The notes beneath the pieces are model-generated. The model had not been told where the DNA came from. It ran no database searches and was given only the letters and a program-made list of their open reading frames with translations. 64,000 nucleotides of DNA, from the NCBI GenBank assembly GCA_964016885.1, contig OZ024745.1, positions 63,984,001 to 64,048,000 on the forward strand, in the 5' to 3' direction. Both the position numbers and the translations under genes were made by a program. This document shows, piece after piece, positions 58,550 through 64,000 of this stretch; position 1 is the first letter of the stretch; the number at the start of each line of letters is the position of its first letter. The DNA comes from Eledone cirrhosa. Taxonomy: Eukaryota.

Positions 58550-58945
58550 GCTTTCTTATCATCACCACATTCGACTCCTCGAGCGCTTCCACCAACTGTG
58601 CTTCCACACTAGCCTCAACATCCACAGGAGTGACTTTATCACAAATGTTGAAGTCTTTCAAAGAGCAGAGCTCACCAGCATCGAAGCCATGCTGCTTAAG
58701 TCCTATCTATGCTGAGTAGGGCACATCTCCAGGATGAAGGATCATCACCTTCCAAGGATCATGCTATACGGTGAAATCTCCACTGGACATCGCGAAAGGG
58801 GAGGGGGGCACCAAGGATGCGATACAGGGATAGTTTGAAAAGAATCCATTGCTGCCTGTCACATCAAACATCGATCATCGCCAGTGGTCCAACCTAGCTG
58901 AGAACCTTGGTGCCTGGCGTCTCACCATCAACCATAGTATTGAGC
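58550..58945 (+). mobile_element. RTE (BovB/AviRTE-like) LINE C-terminal fragment
   Basis: YHHHIRLLERFHQLCFHTSLNIHRSDFITNVEVFQRAELTSIEAMLLKSYLC*VGHISRMKDHHLPRIMLYGEISTGHRERG...APRMRYRDSLK. Confidence 0.88.
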
Positions 58946-59106
58946 GGCCGCTCTCAGTTGTTTTTGCCGAGAATAAATAAGTGACAGTCATTACTTTAAA
59001 ACTCATAGCGAATGGTCTTCTAAATGTTTTAAATTAAACATACAGTATGTTGCCAAATATACTATACATACATTCATGTATACATCGCTATTTCAGACCA
59101 CCAATA

Positions 59107-59201
<95 letters not shown>

Positions 59202-59341
59202 CAGGAAAGAAGGTTAACATGGTTTGCTATACAAAAAAGGTTTAATCACATCCAAGCCAAGCGTTAATATCAACCACTACCTGGAATACCATAACTGGAC
59301 TTTACCTAGGTGGACTGCATTTAACTATTATTTGTTACCCC

Positions 59342-59413
<72 letters not shown>

Positions 59414-60242
59414 TCAGCGAGAATCGCATTTCGGCGAGTAGAAAAAGCGAAACGAAACGCAAAAATCAGAGTTATGCTGGCAAGCGCTCCATAGTTAAAA
59501 AAAAACAGAGCTAAACAATATGTTAAAACGCCATACAAACTGAAAAAGTGGTCAAGAAACCATTAACCACCTAAGCCAAAAAGCAAATCAAGCTAAACAG
59601 GTCAACACAAAATAAATGATTAAAAAAAATGATTTTAAAAAATGATTAAAAAATAGACCTGGTCCCATTGCAATTGATGGTAAAATACAAATGCATGGTT
59701 TCTATGTCACCTAAATCAATAATACTGTCTGCTTAAAACTATAAGCTTTAGGTATGATGATCGAACAAGGAATATCACGTTATCAACAGGTATTTTGCTC
59801 TGTACCAAGTTTGTGAATGACATAGAGCTTCGTTAAAGCACATGTGTAATTCACAAGGGAAAAAAGCCCAGATTTTGGCAAATAAATTCAGTATCTGTAT
59901 ACCATGCAAAAAATTGCATAAATAGCACACATTTATATATATATATATATATAAACAAATAGTAAAAAGGAAAAAAGATACATTATAAAATGCTAGTGAT
60001 TGTTTATATATAAACCCACGAGTCAGGCCAAGCTTTTTGAGATAAAATTGAGTCGAAGGACACTGTTTAAAAGCCTGTTGAATAGACTGTACGTATAGTT
60101 CAAAGGTCCAGCCTTGAAACACACTGTATCATCCTATATCTCTGAATAACGTTATGGGTAAACGTGTTTTGTGTAGGAAGTGTTTCCGTTGATCAAACAA
60201 CTGGAACGCTCATCGTCGAAACCGACGGTGAATCATTCCATT

Positions 60243-60325
<83 letters not shown>

Positions 60326-61263
60326 ACAGAGATAGAGACAGAGAGAAAGAGAGAGACAGACAGCAAAATAAACAGAGGGAAAAAGAAAAGAACATTTCTT
60401 TCAATATATTTATCTCTTTCTTCTCTTTACCTTCCTTTCTTCCTCTCCCTCTCTCTCACTATATATCTATCTCTTTTCCTGCCTGTCTATCTATCTCTCC
60501 CTCTGTCGACCTACTTTGCTATTACAATCTTATTTTCTTACTATCAATTTCGCTCTGTCTTTCTCTCTGTCTCTCTCTCTCTCTCTCTTTCGCACCCACC
60601 ACTCGTTCTATCTCTCTTTTGCACCCACCCCTCTCTCCCTCTCTTTATGTCTCTTTTGTACTCACCTCTCTTTCTCTCTGCTTTATTCTAATTCTCTCTT
60701 TTTCTGTTTCTCGCTTTAATTCAATCTATTTTACTTCAGTCTCTGCCCCACCCTAACCCTATCCCACTTCACTTACTCACTCTCTCTCTCTCTCACACCC
60801 TCACTCTCTTTCTCTCTCTCTCTCTCGCTCGCTCGATCTCTGTCAATCTTGATGCTATATAATACTAACTAGTTCATTATTAGAAAAATCCATTATTCTT
60901 TATTAAATTGTGAGAAAGATCTGAAGATAATTTCATTAAAGTACAAATCATATCAAATGGTTCTGGAACATTGCAATCATTTTACAAATTTAAATTGGAT
61001 TTCTCTACATCAAAAGGAAGACATTCTAACGCCAGTTACGCTGAAACTGAGGTAACCGACTTTCGTGAACCCTGATACGCTCGGTTCCCAGATTTTGGAG
61101 CCCATTTCATTTATCTCATTGTTTTTTTTTATAATATTTTTAGATTATATATCTATAAATATATTCAGGTTTCTGTGTGTTCGCGTGTATGTGTCTACGC
61201 ACAAATTTATATATATATATATATATATATAGGTATGTGTGGGGAGGGGAGGGTCTATGTGTG

Positions 61264-61319
<56 letters not shown>

Positions 61320-61321
<2 letters not shown>

Positions 61322-62090
61322 CTCAGAGACATGGACATGCTATAAACGCTATATTAAGCTACTTGAAAGATTTCACCAACAATGTTTGCGCAGAAGCCTG
61401 ATAATCTCACGGACCCCCTTCACTGCAGACTCTAATGCTCTAGCTGCTGCTGGTACCCCTTCAATTCAACTTTAATCTTGAGAAACCAACTCAAAGGGTC
61501 AGGGCACATTGTGCGCATGCATAACGAATGTACTCCAAAACGGGTGTTTCATGGTGGACTTGTTCAGGGGAAACGAAAGCGGTGCAAACCCAGAAATTGT
61601 TTCAAGGAGGCACTGAAGAAAAGTTTGAAAAACATAGATGTTGATGTAAGACAGCTTGAAGTTTTGGTAGTTGGTCGTATTAATTGGCGATCAAAAGTAT
61701 GGGATGGTTTGAAAGGTTTTGAGGAAAACTGAATAAAACATGCCAATCTTAAACGTAAAGTGAAGAAAAACCAGATGGTTACAGAACAGGAGCATGATGT
61801 TAAAGTTTCGCCTTGTGAAATTTTTGGCAAAATATGCTGGCCTTAAATCCTAGACCAAAGTACACAACAATCAGTCTCATGCTGACTATAGCAGCTATAT
61901 TGCCTGCACACCCTAATCAATGCCACATCTACGAGAAAATGTGTAAATCATGGGGAGGTTTAAAGAGACATGTTAAAGCACATATAGTGCAGGCCCCACA
62001 GTCTTTGCCTAAACTTACCTGTGATTTGTGTGGTCGGCTTTTTGCTTCCATACCGGGTCTAAAAAATGGCCTGGAGTGTAGGGAATATTC
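61320..62090 (+). mobile_element. RTE-clade LINE 3' part with C-terminal C2H2-like fingers, degenerate
   Basis: SETWTCYKRYIKLLERFHQQCLRR...QLKGSGHIVRM...PKRVFHGGL.QGKR...CHIYEKMCKSWGGLKRHVKAH...CDLCGRLFASIPGL. Confidence 0.88.
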
Positions 62091-62537
62091 TCAAAGAAGC
62101 CATTATTGTGTAGGCTGTATTATAGTAGGGGCCTGCCCTATCGAAAATGGCTTGGTTAGAAGAGATGTTAGAGATTCACTTATTTATTTTCTTAACCAAA
62201 GTTTTGAAGTCTATAGGGTGTGGTAGGAGATATTGTGTATGTATCTAAGGTTTTCGCTAGGCTTATGGGAGGGTTTTGGGTTGAAATCTAAGAAGTTAAA
62301 ACAAGTGAGGTTGTTGGATACGTTGAGAAGAACGTAGGCCAATATAGTACTCAATGCATATTTGGATACAGAGTACTTAGATAATTATTAAAATCATTAG
62401 TGATTTATATTTCACTCGAAATATATACATACATTAGACCCTTCTCTACTTCTGTTTTTTATTGCGCTCTTCCAAGTTAATTCTATATACATACAAGTGC
62501 GTATGATATACGTGAGGTTGCATACACACTCACACAG

Positions 62538-62549
<12 letters not shown>

Positions 62550-62592
<43 letters not shown>

Positions 62593-62879
62593 TATATATA
62601 TATATATTATATATATATATATATTATATATATATATATTATATATATATATATATTATATATATAATATATTATATATATATATATATTATATATATAA
62701 TATATTATATATATATATATATTATATATATAATATATTATATATATATATATATTATATATATATATATATATTATATATATTATATATATATATATAT
62801 TATATATATAATATATTATATATATAATATATTATATATATATATATATTATATATATATATATTATATATATATATAT

Positions 62880-62913
<34 letters not shown>

Positions 62914-62934
62914 ATTATATATATATATATATAT

Positions 62935-63012
<78 letters not shown>

Positions 63013-63047
63013 ATATATATATATATATTATATATATATATATTATA

Positions 63048-63129
<82 letters not shown>
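62550..63129. repeat. Long (TA)n/(TATTA) microsatellite
   Basis: Direct reading. Confidence 0.95.
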
Positions 63130-63131
<2 letters not shown>

Positions 63132-63505
63132 AGGAAGTTATAGTTCACTTGAAGCATTGTGTAATGAGGTATAAAAGTTTGTATATGTATAATAAAGCCA
63201 AAACAATGCAGGTATGGACATAGAATAAAGAATGCAAATGCAAAGGATATTGTTGACAATTAGTCTTTTACCTTAGATTTATTTAAATGTCCTTAATTTT
63301 CGAGATAATATATCTTCTTCGGAGGGAAGTAAAGCGGTTAAACCAGTGTTCTAAATAGCTTGCCAAGTCATGCTGACAGGAAATGGTATAGAGTATCTGT
63401 TCTATCTCTAATATCGAAGATATTAGAGATAGAACAGATGGGCTGCAGTCATGTCCGAGGTCCCGGACTCATCCAGCTGTCGATTTATTGACGGACTGCG
63501 TGGTC
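63130..63505 (-). mobile_element. Inverted 3' terminal repeat (pLTR) of the Penelope-like element
   Basis: Minus strand reads RSPSINRQLDE...FYL* (like the PxINR end of PLE GIY-YIG domains), then a decayed hammerhead CCT-CCGAAGA-AGATA-TAT-TATCT-C-GAAA-AT-TA-AGG (63291-63326), ending in (TA)n; 21 bp hairpin at 63395-63439. Confidence 0.6.
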
Positions 63506-64000
63506 GCAGAGGACATCCACTGCTACGGCCTCCATCCGACGGACATACACCAGCTTTTGTCCTTCACAGTGGACAACATGTACTTCACCTTCCACCACCA
63601 CACATACAGACAGACAACAGGATTACCCATGGGATCCAGCCTATCGGGCATGCTGGCCATCACCTATATGAACCAGCTAGAATGCCGAGCCCTCAACACC
63701 TGCCATTCCCATACCTTCTTCACCCGATATGTATATGACATACTCATCCTTACATCATCCTGTGAGGAGGCGGATAAAATATACACAACATTCTCCAGCA
63801 TGGACGCCAGTATAAAGTTCAGCATGGAACACCCCGATGACCGCGGATCCCTATCCCTACTGGACTTCCAACTCAGGGTAACAGAGGAAGGCAACATCCA
63901 CACCTGCTTCTATAAAAACGCCGCCAGCAGGGACCTGTTCGTACATTTCAGATCGACCCTCCCAGCCGGCGCTAAGTTCGGATACATAAGGAACGAACTA
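63506..64000 (+). pseudogene. Penelope-like element reverse transcriptase, 5' truncated, open to the window edge
   Basis: DIHQLLSFTVDNMYFTFHHHTYRQTTGLPMGSSLSGMLAITYM...FFTRYVYDILIL...IKFSMEHP...LSLLD...FYKN...LFVHFRSTLP: PLE RT and thumb motifs; catalytic YVDD reads YVYD. Confidence 0.92.

Overview
Very AT-rich, microsatellite-saturated eukaryotic DNA. The SINE repertoire and repeat landscape suggest an octopus/cephalopod genome (inference). I found no convincing host exon; almost all ORFs in the track are translations of (TA)n/(CA)n/(GA)n or trinucleotide runs. Recognisable coding remnants are all mobile elements: RTE-clade LINE pieces (an APE endonuclease 5' end with a decayed HDV-like ribozyme at its tip, and several 3' ends), a rosa/DD41D-type Tc1/mariner transposase relic, a CRE-clade RLE retrotransposon 3' half, and a Penelope-like (PLE) RT with an inverted terminal repeat at the right edge. 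There are also about 20 tRNA-derived SINEs and four copies of a ~610 bp non-autonomous retroposon. The most striking signal is a set of at least 7 sequence-unrelated small non-coding elements, each ending in a (TA)n run and carrying a type I hammerhead ribozyme or a variant of one. Most are arranged as fold-back palindromes and/or more-than-unit-length direct repeats (426 and 307 nt periods), i.e. a retrozyme-like community probably mobilised by PLE machinery. All structures were read by eye; no folding or database searches were run and coordinates of degenerate repeats are approximate.
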